Position numbers and translations under genes: made by a program
The notes under the pieces: generated by a model
Databases searched by the model: none
Told to the model about the DNA's origin: nothing
What the model saw: the letters and a program-made list of their open reading frames with translations, nothing else
From: Macrostomum hystrix
Lineage: Eukaryota; Animalia; Platyhelminthes
Direction: 5' to 3'
NCBI GenBank assembly: GCA_950097015.1
Contig: CATNEN010000038.1
Coordinates: 33,666,001-33,730,000 of the forward strand
DNA: 64,000 nucleotides
Part shown: piece by piece, positions 8,637-21,141 of the stretch
Position numbering within the stretch: the stretch's first letter is position 1
How the letters are laid out: each line of letters begins with the position of its first letter

Positions 8637-10827
8637 TTAAGGATCGATATCGGCGGCATCGTTTTCGCCGGCTCCGGCGGCAACAGTGGCAGTAGCTGCG
8701 GCGCCAGCGTTGTCGCCGACAACGGAGGCACCAGCTGCCGCGGCAGTCGGGACATCGGCGGCGGTAACGGTCTGCAGTCCCCTCTGCGTACGGGCCGTGC
8801 GCCTGAAAACGCTGCCCAGTAGAGTATCCGGCAAGCGTTTGGTCTGTGTGAGAACGAAGAAAGTGAAGTAATGAAAAACTAATATTCTAACAGTTTATAT
8901 ACAATGTATTCCGATGCTGTAGACATGACGCTGCACTAAATCGCCCAAAATAGTAGTACAACTAGTGTAGAACAGCAATGCACATAATATTATGTACTAA
9001 AGAAAAGAAAAAGAAAAAGAAACAGTTAGTGTACAGCTTACGTCCAATTTTTTCTCTAGTAGATAAGCTCGGATGGCCCGCTTTTTCGTCTCGTCCAATC
9101 CCGGCCTGTTTGGCTTGTTTGATTTTTTGCTCTGGCGCCCTTCCCAGGAAGAGCCACTGAAGTCGGCAACAGTCAGGACGCCTCGGAAAAGTGTGCGGAG
9201 CATCGTGCCGCGCAGCTTTTGGCTGGTATCCGCCGCCTTGTATGCGCTGACGGCGGCCTCAATTTTGTTTAGCTTAGTGGTGGAAACCGTCACAGTAGGG
9301 ATGCTGCTTACTAAGGGCACAAGGACATCGGCATCCGCGATGGCATGAGCGGCTGTCCGCTGAGCAGCTGACGATCGCGATAGTCCCATTGAATCTATTG
9401 CCGCTGAGATGCCCAGCTGGCACACAAATGAAGATCTGCCGGCATCGTCGGTGCTGGAGTCGATGCTAGACGGCAAAACTGTAGCGTCGTGGGTATCTGA
9501 CGGAAGTACATCAGAACCAACACAGTTGCTATCTGCAGACACAGCAGGCCCTCCGGTTGAATGCGCCATTATACTGTTGGGTAGTGCTTCCCATGTGGCG
9601 TTTAACTGCCTCAATAGTTCGTGGCCATATTGCAACGCCTGCTTGCCTGAGTCGACCATAAGTCGGGCAACTCTGTCGGCCTGCAGTGTACTGCGGCCCA
9701 GGGTGCGTATAGCGTTCGTCAAACGCTCGTTGAAATCAACGGCAGTCTGTAGGCGAGTGTCGTAGTCAGCCAGTAAGTCGTGATTCTGGGTTATTACGGC
9801 GTCTCTATCTTTGAGATCTTGAATCAGAGTCTCGTTCAGATTTTTGAGAGCCTCAAGCTCATCATTTAGGCGCCTGTTTGTTTCAATTTCTGCGTCTGTT
9901 CGCTTCTGGGCATCCTGAACGCCGCTGCGGAGCTTGTGACACTCAACTTCCAGATTTCTGCAGCGTACGCAGTCACCGTCTGGCACATTAATTGTCGTCG
10001 TGCTAAGGACGCTTCGATTACTCGAATTAGGGCGGCCTGTTGACGACGAAGCGGCGGTGGAAGCCTGGTGCACGATGCGGCCCATGGCAGACGTTGCATC
10101 CTTTCGTATTCGAAAGGGGCCTGCGGTAATAAAAGCGCGATGCTTTTTGGCGCCAATGCTGCGTCCCGTGACGACATCAACCGCCGCGCCGATAGCTCGT
10201 TGGGCAGGTACGGCCGGCGAGACAATGTTTTTTGCGCTCACAACCTGAGAATGTAGATCAGTGGCATTCAAGTGGGATCGTGGAATCCGATCATGATATC
10301 GACATGTCGGTATACTGCACACGTACATCTGCATCTGCATGTAGGGATGCTAAAATTTCAGATTCGCTCACCTGCAGAGAATTTGAAGAGCAGTAAGTGA
10401 CTACCCAGAAGCTGTCACTCTGGATAGCAGGCGCAGCGATGGCAACTGGACTAGCGGAAGCATCAGCAGGCGGAATCTTCCGCTGCTGTAGCGGAAACCG
10501 TTTAGCTTTTCGGTTCTGTTGACCATCCTCGTCAGTTACGTCTGCAGCAGCTGATGCGCTCGGCGGCAGTGGGTCTTCCGTGCACCGGACCCGCTTGGAT
10601 TCAGCGCTGCACTCATCAATTGCAGCTGCAGACCTCTTCAGCTGGTCTGTGTGGTCTGCGTGGCCGAAGTTGCTGTTGGCGTCCAAGTCGACATTCTTGC
10701 GTACAGCGGGTTTCCTTGGCTTGGCCGTCTGAGCCGCTTTTTCGGAGGCCTTCTGCTGCTTAGCCGTGGCCTTGGCTGCCTGAGCCTGCGCTGCGGTACC
10801 ATCACCATCCGCTGCAATGGCAGACAT
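8637..10827 (-). CDS. Transposon accessory protein with coiled coil and C-terminal BEN domain; 3 exons (10827-10372, 10244-9042, 8843-8637), ~621 aa
   Basis: Phase-0 GT-AG introns 10371-10245 (cag|gtgag...tctcag|gtt) and 9041-8844 (gac|gtaagc...acacag|acc) join three ORF-track ORFs without a stop. BEN-like segment: MLRTLFRGVLTVADFSGSSWEGRQSKK...RPGLDETKKRAIRAYLLEK. CxxC plus coiled coil in the middle. Confidence 0.75.
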
Positions 10828-11282
10828 GTCGTAGCTGTTCGTAGGGTTTTCTCTGTTTCAGCTGTAAGGCTTTCTTCTCTGGTGACGCACGACACTGCTG
10901 GACAGGACAGCAGATAAGTACGAAACTGTATAGACATAATGAGGCACCATTTTTATTAGGTTTACATTTTTGACTTCGGTTTTGCAAAACAGAAAGACAA
11001 AGCTACTCTCGTGAATTATATAAATTATTTGTGCATTTAGCATAATAAATGTATTTATATATACTCCTTTATATTATACTAAAATATGGCATTAGTATAG
11101 CTGGGACTAAAGTGGCCTATATAGTGGACTACATGAAACTGAATTGGATATTTTAAATGTACATATAGCATCTTAGAAGTAGCCAAAACAACATACTTCA
11201 ATTACAAACTTAGAAATTAGAAATTTAGAAATTAGTAGAGAATTCTCTTCTATGCCAACCGTCCAATGTGTGCGACAAGTTG

Positions 11283-14133
11283 TCAGGACGCAAAGGAGAA
11301 CTGGACATGGGGCAGAAAAGCCACATGGGTGTCGCTCACGCAGCACGTCGCCAAAACGTCGTTGGCTTCCATGTCGAAGAAATACGGTGAAATGTCGCCA
11401 AAGGGATCTCCTTGGAGCCGACGTACGTGTGCAGCCGAGCAGCCGCCGTGCGCAGCATTCTGCGTCAGCCGAAACATCGGATGTTCCTCTGCATCCGGGG
11501 GAATTGTCGGCAGGCGCTTGAGACAGAATCGCCCGTCCAGAGTCGGCGGATGCTCTAATAGTCTGGATGCGGGCGAACTCGAACTCAGCGACAGGAGCCC
11601 TCTGTCTCCAAAAAGCGACGAAACATGACGCAGACCGCTGTTTCTGTAAGCTGGGCGTGTGAATCTCCAGCTCAATGCCAGATTTCAGGATAGCCTTGTT
11701 GTATTGCTGCACTGCGCCAGGTGCAACACGAATCGGCTTCTGCAACCGCGTACCATCTTGTAGACGGACTTCGCCTGTCGGCGGTCTATCACTGAAAGGA
11801 TTGTGCAAACCGAGCTGCGCCATGAACGTGCGCCGCGCCAGTTGCCGCCGTAACACACCAGCAATTTCCGTGTCAGTTCGGCGAGAGCCGTGAATAAGAC
11901 CACGCAATTTGGCGTGCGCAGACTCGAAGAGTCCAGCGGACATACGCCACATGGGACCAAACAACGTGACGTACGCCACAAAGTGGTAGCACACCTGATG
12001 GGCATTATACGTGAGAGCCATCTCGGAGTACAATACAGCCAGCTGTCGGTAAAATTGTCGGAGGACCCTTTGCGCCCTAATGACCTCCATAAGGGGAGCG
12101 CCGTCAAGGAGGAGCCAAAACATGGCGATCGACAGGAGCATAAAATGGCTGAAATATTGCTCCGGTAGGACGCATTCAAAGACCATTGGCCCGTAGACGA
12201 TGAGCATCGCTTAAAACTCGTGACCCCGAAACATGCCAAGCTCGTGCAATGTTCGCGGCAGTCGCTGATGTGACCAAGGCACGTAAATCCGGCTCATCGC
12301 GGCGTCAGCCTCTGCTCTTCGCGGCGCCATGTTGGGATTGTGTGCCTGGTACATGTCTGGCTTGTTGGTCGGATGAAAAAGTTGCTTCAGGATCCAGTTG
12401 ACTAATCCCTGATAGCACTGGTGCAGAAGACAGGGCGAGCAGCTGTGGGTGTAGTCGAAGCCATCCAAACGGTCAAGCAGCGAAATCGACATGACTCCAA
12501 GCAGACTGTCTCGCCCTGGAGGAATATTCAGCGCCAGTAATCGCGTGTCTCGACGGCTCCGTGCGTTCGGATTAAGGCAGCCAACGTGTCTCGCGGTCTC
12601 TGCACCTAATGTGTCGTCAAAAGGATAGCGAGCGGACCGCCTAGCCTGCACCGTTTGGACATAACATTTGTCGCAGCCATGAACAGCGTTGTGTCGTTTA
12701 AGGCCCATCACTTCTGCTCGCTGCGGCGCATCCATGACGAATAAAAGCGGATGTAAGCGTAGCACACCTGCGTCTTGGCCCAGTGGTCCTCCACCTTTTG
12801 AAAACGTAACACCGTCGGATCGAAGACGGTTCAGTTCGGTCACAAGCCATGGCAAAAAGACTGCTGCCTTAACCTTCGTCCTCGAAGCCCATAAGCCGCA
12901 GGTGACAACATAGCGCGACTTCATCGGTTCGTTAACTTCGTTAACACTGAGATAGACAGGGCACATTTCTACAAGTGAGTCGGCGAACATTGGAAAGCCA
13001 TCGATGTTGCAGGTCCAGCTGACGTCTTGGCATTCACGCAGAGGAATGCACCGCTTAAATTGGCGATACTCATCGCAGTTGGACATAGAAACGACTTGCG
13101 TATCGTCAGACGGCCGATCAATCGGAAACGTTATGTGCTGTAGCAGCCCACAGTGCTCAATCAGTTGGCGAATCTGCAACTGCATATTCAGCCGGTAAAA
13201 TTTAGAAACTTTTGACTTCACGAGCTGTACACCGCATTTCTCACAGGCCAGTTCACTTGTGACGCGAAGGGCTGAAGCTTCTGCACTGCACGTGTTGCAA
13301 AAGTACATGGGTGGTAGAATGGCGCCGTCGGCATATTGTTCAACCGTTTTGCGAAGCTGGTGGAATGAGGGCAGCACGCTGTCATTGGGCAGAACGGAAT
13401 GGAACAGTGTCAGAAGCTCGCGCGTCCCCCTCCGAGTCAACGACTGCCGTTCGCAGAACAGGTACACATAGGCAGCAAATTCGTCAAACGTTATCGGACT
13501 GCCATTGTACACGGGAGTGTCATTTCTTACGGGCGGTGCACCTGTCGCATTGGCAGTTGCGATAGCAATGATGTTATGGACTGCTTCCATATCAGGCGCG
13601 TCGTCATCGATGTCAGCATCTTCGAACTCTTGGGCGGCAAGTTCAGCCTCAGGGATTTGTGGCTCCTCGGCATCGTTCACGGAGTCATTTTCCGATATGA
13701 CGCTGCTGTCGTCTGCTGCAATCGCGTTGTCATCGACAACGTCAGCTGATAGATCAGCAAGCCCATCATGATGCAGATGTTCAGGTGCCGGTTGATGCAG
13801 CTGTTCAGGTGCCGGTTGTTGCAGGTGTTCAGGTGCCGGTTGTTGCAGGTGTTCAGGTGCCGGTTGTTGCAGCTGTTCAGGTGCCGGTTGTTGCAGCTGT
13901 TCCGGTGCCGGTTGATGCAGCTGTTCAGGTGCCGGTTGATGCAGCTGTTCAAGTGCCGCTTGTTGCACTTCCGCAGTTAATGCTATAGGCTGCATTTCCA
14001 GCTGTACTGCATGCTCTGCATTTGCATGCGCATTTCCGCCTCTGCGACCGGTAATGCGGACCCAAATTTGACGATATTGGCGACCTGTTTTGCTCAGCTG
14101 CTTGTTCAGTGCCTCGAGCCGTTCGCGCGACAT
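11283..14133 (-). pseudogene. CMC/EnSpm (Transposase_21-like) transposase with one in-frame stop (12211-12213) and a probable late frameshift (~11520)
   Basis: Motifs: CNTC...CEKC, WTCNIDGFPMF, MDAPQRAEVMGLKRHNAVHGCDKC, CLLHQCYQG, GHEF*AMLIVYGP, YNAHQVCYH...FGPMWRMSAGLFES. ORFs 14133-12211 and 12207-11173 share one frame across a single TAA. N-terminal 24-bp QPAPEQLQ repeat. Confidence 0.9.
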
Positions 14134-14617
14134 AGTCGGGAGCCGGATAGAGCTGCAATGTACATAATGTGCACAATGTACTTCTGGCAGGTACTAAGTA
14201 GTAAAAATGTGTATATTTTTGTGTTCATGGCGCTATTTCTACCCAACAAGGTGATATCGGACCATGTAAATATGTATAAACGTGTAAACAGTTTGACGGG
14301 TCATCATACAGATATACGTGTTCTGTGAATGGGCAGCACATACAGGGACAATATGAGTTAGCTGACCAGTTCGCTATATGCTGCCTACCTTTCTAGTGTT
14401 TTACCAGGTTTAAAGAAAATAATTATAAGAACAATAAACACGGCAAAATGAATGGACAGGTTATATTTCATTGTGATATTAAACAAAGTTACATCATTTG
14501 CGCTGTGCAACTTGGACTTTAAAGTCATAAAAAACGTATTCGAATGCTAGTGAAAAAACAATCCATTTATCTAGCCATTGACAAGCATACGCATTGGCTA
14601 TTTAAATCCTTTTGCAT

Positions 14618-15200
14618 GAGCCAATATGGGCCAGTATATGTGGGCCAATATGGGCCAGCATATGTGAGCCAATATGGGCCAGTATATGTGGGCCAATATG
14701 GGCCAGCATATGTGAGCCAATATGGGCCAGTATATGTGGGCCAATATGGGCCAGCGTATGTGGGCCAATATGGGCCAGTATATGTGGGCCAATATGGGCC
14801 AGTATATGTGGGCCAATATGGGCCAGTATATGTGGGCCAATATGGGCCAGCGCATGTGGGCCAATATGGGCCAGCATATGTGAGCCAATATGGGCCAGTA
14901 TATGTGGGCCAATATGGGCCAGTATATGTGGCAGTATATGTGGGCCAATATGGGCCAGTATATGTGGGCCAATATGGGCCAGTATATGTGGCAGTATATG
15001 TGGGCCAATATGGGCCAGTATATGGGCCAGTATATGTGGGCCAATATGGGCCAGTATATGTGGCAGTATATGTGGGCCAATATGGGCCAGTATATGTGGC
15101 AGTATATGTGGGCCAATATGGGCCAGTATATGTGAGCCAATCTGGGTCAGCATATGTGGGCCAATATGGGCCAGCGCATGTGGGCCAATATGGGCCAGCA
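14618..15200. repeat. Right subterminal 24-bp tandem repeats of the EnSpm element
   Basis: (ccaatatgggccagtatatgtggg)n, inverted relative to 5707-6125. Confidence 0.95.
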
Positions 15201-15593
15201 TTCTTGGGTCACAATAGTGGGCCGAAAGTGGGCTGAATTGGACATTCGGCTCGTTATATGGGCCAATTATTAATGGGCTCTTAATGGGCCTATGTGGGCC
15301 ACTTGTTGGCCCATCTATATGTGGGCCGAAACTGGGCAAAAAGCCCGCAAATTGGGCTAAAAGGCACTGGCCCACTGTTGGCCCACTGAAAAGCCCATAC
15401 TTGCATGAAAAAAGCCCTTTGGTTTGGCAACCGGGTTATCTACGGAATTTTCCAGTGTTTTATAAATTAAATTTTCCGCTTTTTAGAAAAAAAATTTTCA
15501 CTGCTTTGCATTACAATTTTCAATTCGACATTTTGTCATTGACCTCAATTGACCTTCCCCTAATAATTTCTCACCCTTCCAATTGACTCCCAG

Positions 15594-16169
15594 CTCTGGC
15601 GCAGTCAAAGCGGCGACTCGTCCGCCCGTCTAATCGACACGCTTAGCCAGGCCAGTCCGGCGGCCACATTCTCCATAATCTCGGATTCCATCGCTAAGGG
15701 AGTGTTCTGGAATGGCGCGACGCCGGTGGCCGCTGCCGCCGCTCCGATGCCACCACCGCCAGCCATCGTCCTGAGCGACCCCGCCAAGCCTAAGCCAGAT
15801 CAGTCCGCACCGGCTATTGTTGCCCCCGCCGCTGGGTCTGCTGCTACTAGTAGCAATGCCAGCAACAGAATAGCAAGATCGTCTTCTACAGCTTCGGCTA
15901 CGGCCAGTAAGAATCCGTTTGAATCCGCCATCGGGCAGCCGCAGCATCAGCAGAAGCAGCAGCAGCAGCCGAACCTTCGACACGCCGCATCTGCTGCCAT
16001 CGGCATCGGGCCGGGCATTCCTCGTGTAGCGTCCAGTTCGTCTGGAATGCCGGCCTCTCTACAGGCTTCAGGCGCAGCCGCCGGCCTTCACCAGTTGTCT
16101 TCGTCTGTTGGCGCCGGTGCCAATCAACCGGCCTATCCAGATCGTCTGAATCCGTTCGGCATGTCTTAG
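15594..16169 (+). CDS. Terminal coding exon of an unidentified host gene; low-complexity tail with two NPF motifs
   Basis: Acceptor ccaattgactcccag| at 15593; open frame LWRSQSGDSSARLIDTLSQASPAATFSIISDSIAKGVFWNG...SKNPFES...RLNPFGMS*; GC-rich, coding-like composition. Confidence 0.6.
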   Translation, partial: LWRSQSGDSSARLIDTLSQASPAATFSIISDSIAKGVFWNGATPVAAAAAPMPPPPAIVLSDPAKPKPDQSAPAIVAPAAGSAATSSNASNRIARSSSTASATASKNPFESAIGQPQHQQKQQQQPNLRHAASAAIGIGPGIPRVASSSSGMPASLQASGAAAGLHQLSSSVGAGANQPAYPDRLNPFGMS

Positions 16170-16235
16170 TATGAATAGTCTGTAGTTTCGAGGAAAACTG
16201 TAACAACTATTTGATTGCTTCTTATTTAATTTGGT

Positions 16236-17450
16236 GAAGCCGTAGCTAGAATCGTATTTGAAATCGCAGCAGAAGCCGTAGACAGAATCGTATTTGGAAT
16301 CGCAGCAAAAGCCGTAGCCAGAATCATATTTGGAATCGCAGCAGGAGACGTTGCCAGAATCTTCTTTGGAATCGCAGCAGGAGACGTAGTCAGAATCGTA
16401 TTTGGAATCGCAGCAGGAGACGTTGCCAGAATCTTCTTTGGAATCGCAGCAGGAGACGTAGCCAGAATCGTATTTGGAATCGCAGCATAAGCCGTAGACA
16501 GAATCGTATTTGGAATCGCAGCAAAAGCCGTAGCCAGAATCATAATTGGAATCGCAGCAGGAGACGTTGCCAGAATCTTCTTTGGAATCGCAGCAAAAGC
16601 GGTAGACAGAATCGTATTTGGAATCGCAGCAGGAGACGTAGCCAGAATCGTATTTGGAATCGCAGCAAAAGCGGTAGACAGAATCGTATTTGGAATCGCA
16701 GCAGGAGACGTTGCCAGAATCGTATTTGGAATCGCAGCAAAAGCGGTAGACAGAATCTTCTTTGGAATCGCAGCAGGAGACGTAGCCAGAATCGTATTTG
16801 GAATCGCAGCAAAAGCGGTAGACAGAATCGTATTTGGAATCGCAGCAGGAGACGTAGCCAGAATCGTATTTGGAATCGCAGCAGAAGCCGTAGCCAGAAT
16901 CGTATTTGGAATCGCAGCAGGAGACGTAGCCAGAATCGCAGCAGGAGACGTAGCCAGAATCGTATTTGGAATCGCAGCAGGAGACGTAGCCAGAATCGTA
17001 TTTGGAATCGCAGCAGGAGACGTAGACAGAATCGTATTTGGAATCGCAGCAGGAGACGTAGCCAGTATCGTATTTGGAATCGCAGCCGGAGACGTAGCCA
17101 GAATCGTATTTGGAATCGCAGCAGGAGACGTAGCCAGAATCGTATTTGGAATTGCAGCAAAAACCGTAGCCAGAATCGTATTTGGAATCGCAGCCGGAGA
17201 CGTAGCCAGAATCGTATTTGGAATCGCAGCAGGAGACGTAGCCAGTATCGTATTTGGAATCGCAGCAGGAGACGTAGCCAGTATCGTATTTGGAATCGCA
17301 GCAGGAGACGTAGCCAGAATCGTATTTGGAATCGCAGCAGAAGCCGTAGACAGTATCGTATTTGGAATCGCAGCAGGAGACGTAGCCAGAATCGTATTTG
17401 GAATCGCAGCAGGAGACGTAGCCAGAATCGTATTTGGAATCGCAGCAGCA
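16236..17450. repeat. 36-bp minisatellite (GAATCGCAGC family)
   Basis: (gaatcgcagcaggagacgtagccagaatcgtatttg)n. Confidence 0.95.
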
Positions 17451-18156
17451 GATGTAATTTATTTACGATCGTAGGATTAACCGTAGCCAGGATTTGCAGT
17501 TTTTGGCGCCAAATTAGATTGGAAAACTCAATTGCCCCAAACATTAGGCAAAAATGATGCTTTAATCTTAGCTATAAAAATTCTTGCACAGTCGCTTCTG
17601 ATTAAACGTGTTATTTTTAGTACTTAAAAATGTTACATAAAGTTTTTCTGCAGATTTTGTCATCTTGATGAAACTTTGATGCTAAGTAAATTTCAATTCA
17701 AGTTCCTTGATTTTTGTTGTTGTTATAGCTCGTAACAAAGCACTTATTAACCCATCGATACAAGAACTATTAATTTCCTCACTTTAACACTACAGTATTG
17801 CTTCTGTATGCTAAATTATCATGCCAATAATATGCTATGAACTAGACGATTCACTTGATTTCATACGATTGTGATTTGGTGTATATACTAATCATTTATA
17901 AACTGGTATAATGAGATTAATGAGATTAAAATATTTCTTAAATGTGCATGCGTGATTGATTCTAATTCAATGTCATTTTGATCAAGCTGTGTTGAATCGT
18001 TTAGTTAAATTTTTTTCTTAGATGAAAATTTATATATATCTACAACAGCACTGCATAATATAAGTTTCATTGTTTATTTGCGTATAACTACTAACTGTCT
18101 ATTCATTTTATAAGGCTTATTCTCAAAGCGTTATATTTGAATCTTAGTGGATCTTT

Positions 18157-19487
18157 GAATCGCAGCAGCAGTTGTAGCTAGAATCGCAGCACCAGTTGTA
18201 GCTAGAATCGCAGCAGCAGTTGTAGCTAGAATCGCAGCAGCAGTTGTAGCTAGAATCGCAGCACCAGTTGTAGCTAGAATCGCAGCAGCAGTTGTAGCTA
18301 GAATCGCAGCAGCTGTTGTAGCTAGAATCGCAGCAGCAGTTGTAGCTAGAATCGCAGCAGCTGTTGTAGCTAGAATCGCAGCAACAGTTGTAGCTAGAAT
18401 CGCAGCAACAGTTGTAGCTAGAATCGCAGCACCAGTTGTAGCTAGAATCGCAGCAACAGTTGTAGCTAGAATCGCAGCAACAGTTGTAGCTAGAATCGCA
18501 GCAACAGTTGTAGCTAGAATCGCAGCAACAGTTGTAGCTAGAATCGCAGCAACAGTTGTAGCTAGAATCGCAGCAGCAGTTGTAGCTAGAATCGCAGCAG
18601 CAGTTGTAGCTAGAATCGCAGCAACAGTTGTAGCTAGAATCGCAGCACCAGTTGTAGCTAGAATCGCAGCAGCAGTTGTAGCTAGAATCGCAGCAGCAGT
18701 TGTAGCTAGAATCGCAGCAGCAGTTGTAGCTAGAATCGCAGCAGCAGTTGTAGCTAGAATCGCAGCAGCAGTTGTAGCTAGAATCGCAGCAGCAGTTGTA
18801 GCTAGAATCGCGGCAGCAGTTGTAGCTAGAATCGCAGCAACATTTGTAGCTAGAATCGCAGCACCAGTTGTAGCTAGAATCGCAGCACCAGTTGTAGCTA
18901 GAATCGCAGCAGCAGTTGTAGCTAGAATCGCAGCAGCAGTTGTAGCTAGAATCGCAGCAGCAGTTGTAGCTAGAATCGCAGCACCAGTTGTAGCTAGAAT
19001 CGCAGCAGCAGTTGTAGCTAGAATCGCAGCACCAGTTGTAGCTAGAATCGCAGCAGCAGTTGTAGCTAGAATCGCAGCAGCAGTTGTAGCTAGAATCGCA
19101 GCAGCTGTTGTAGCTAGAATCGCAGCAGCAGTTGTAGCTAGAATCGCAGCAGCAGTTGTAGCTAGAATCGCAGCAGCAGTTGTAGCTAGAATCGCAGCAG
19201 CAGTTGTAGCTAGAATCGCAGCACCAGTTGTAGCTAGAATCGCAGCAACATTTGTAGCTAGAATCACAGCAGCATTTGTCGCTAGAATCGCAGCACCAGT
19301 TGTAGCTAGAATCGCAGCAGCAGTTGTAGCTAGAATCGCAGCAGCAGTTGTAGCTAGAATCGCAGCACCAGTTGTAGCTAGAATCACAGCACCAGTTGTA
19401 GCTAGAATCGCAGCAGCAGTTGTAGCTAGAATCGCAGCAGCATTTGTCGCTAGAATCGCAGCAGCAGTTGCAGCTAGAATCGCAGCA
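18157..19487. repeat. 24-bp minisatellite (GAATCGCAGC family)
   Basis: (gaatcgcagcagcagttgtagcta)n, about 55 copies. Confidence 0.95.
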
Positions 19488-19579
19488 TAGTTGGCACACT
19501 TAATTAGGTTAACAAACCTTTATAGGTTGACAAACTTAATTCATTTTACGAATCCGTACTTCCATAGCTCATCGCCCAG

Positions 19580-20689
19580 ATGATGTCGCAACCACGCCGA
19601 TCAAAAAGTCAGCCTCTGCCAGCTGAGAAGCAACTAAACGCCGAGTTTCAGTTAGCAGCCAGCAGTAGTTTCAGCGATGACCCTGACGGTCGGGTTGCTG
19701 CGGCGGCGCTCGCGGGTAGAAAACGTGGCTGGCAACCGCCGTCCCTGCAGCGGAGCCTTGATTCCATATCTAACGATCTGCATCGCCTACTATCGCGTCA
19801 TAGTCGACTGCGTCCAATCATGGACCGGTTGAACTGTGCTGATTCCGGCTCCCTGAACTGCTGGCTGCGTAATCGTCTCGCTAGTGTCTGGCCGACTGAG
19901 TCGGATTCCGGCGCTGAAGGACCAACCGCCGCCAAGATTCGCCGAACTGACATTCAAATAGGAGGGCCTGGCCCAGTTAATGATGAATTTGTTCCCGTCA
20001 ACACAGGCTGCGATGATGATAGCAGTCAGGCTGTTCAGGAGGATGACAATTGTGACTTCGACCCGGCTTTCGCAGCTGCTTCAGTGAGGCCTAGAAGAAT
20101 ACGTTACGATTTTAACGCTTCGTTGCTAGAATTCGAGGACAGTTTAAGCCAGCCGATCGAATCTGGCACCAAAGATAATTATAATGAAGGCAGAAGCATT
20201 CTCAGCTGCTTTAGTGACGAAGAGGATGAACAAAATGACGATGCAGATTGCCCTTCGGAGTCAATTAAAGCTGAGCGACCGCCAGTGCCCACCTTGACTG
20301 GGAGTGGAGTCAGTAGTGACCGGAGGATTCTAGCCAATATTGTCTTTAGTCATCGCGTGGCATCTTATTATAAACCAAATCTGCCAGCTATTGTTGAATG
20401 CGACGAAGAACAACTAGCGGCTTCGGGTCCGTTACCGTCAGCGGCGGACGCTGCCAAAATAGAACAGCCGGAGGAAGCCGCTGAAGACGACTCGGAGAGT
20501 CGACGAAGTACACCGTCGCCAAGGACGCTTCGCCGAGAGAGCGACTGGTCCAGCATGCTGCCGCCTCTGAGTCCGGAGTCTGAGATGCGCCAATTGAAGG
20601 CTGAGTTCTTCTTACTATTAGCCAATAGTGAGGCCTATGAAAGGCTGTTAGAAATCAACAGTCATTGGCGACTGCGCTGGGAGCCTTAA
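19580..20689 (+). CDS. Uncharacterised intronless, largely disordered protein (369 aa)
   Basis: Non-repetitive 1.1-kb ORF with coding-like GC, followed by AATAAA at ~20740 and ~20966. No domain recognised. Confidence 0.65.
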   Translation: MMSQPRRSKSQPLPAEKQLNAEFQLAASSSFSDDPDGRVAAAALAGRKRGWQPPSLQRSLDSISNDLHRLLSRHSRLRPIMDRLNCADSGSLNCWLRNRLASVWPTESDSGAEGPTAAKIRRTDIQIGGPGPVNDEFVPVNTGCDDDSSQAVQEDDNCDFDPAFAAASVRPRRIRYDFNASLLEFEDSLSQPIESGTKDNYNEGRSILSCFSDEEDEQNDDADCPSESIKAERPPVPTLTGSGVSSDRRILANIVFSHRVASYYKPNLPAIVECDEEQLAASGPLPSAADAAKIEQPEEAAEDDSESRRSTPSPRTLRRESDWSSMLPPLSPESEMRQLKAEFFLLLANSEAYERLLEINSHWRLRWEP

Positions 20690-21141
20690 CTCCGACTGAT
20701 CTACCGATGAAAATCAATTCTGCAGCCGTCAGTTTAATCAATAAAATCAGCACATTTTTGTTGCGAGGAGGAGGGTCTCAATTGCAATTGAAACAATCGA
20801 GCTAATGTAAAGTACATCTAATCTAGCCAGTTCTTCCAGTTTGTTTTTTTTTTGCTTTTTTCATGGCTGCTAATCGGCCTTTTACTTTTTCTGTACTCAT
20901 TGTATCTCTTTTTTATCTCGCCTTTTTTAAGACAGCAAGTCACGATGCCCAATCAGTTATAAAGAAATAAAAGTTGTTTGAATTAAAATGAAAATGCTAT
21001 TTTGAATAGATATATCGGCTTTCTTTCGATTGTTTTGTGACTTATTCTGTTCTCACCGTTTAGAAAGTTTATAATTTCTAAAAAAATCCCCCCTACCACG
21101 TGGGTATCTTAAATTTTTACGATCAACTCTTTTTTCAAAGC

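Larger units (their letters stand above)
5707..15435 (-). mobile_element. CMC/EnSpm (CACTA-superfamily) DNA transposon with three genes (transposase, BEN-domain protein, CtIP/Sae2-like protein); left terminus missing
   Basis: Mutually inverted 24-bp subterminal repeat arrays at 5707-6125 and 14618-15200; candidate terminus gccctttggtttggcaaccggg at 15414-15435; EnSpm-type transposase inside; all three genes on the minus strand. Confidence 0.85.

Noticed and set aside
16226-19499. Long Cys-rich (CCCDSSYN) and Ala/Leu-rich ORFs resembling metallothionein or antifreeze proteins
   Set aside because: Translations of 24- and 36-bp minisatellites with no unique coding flanks, signal peptide or splice context.
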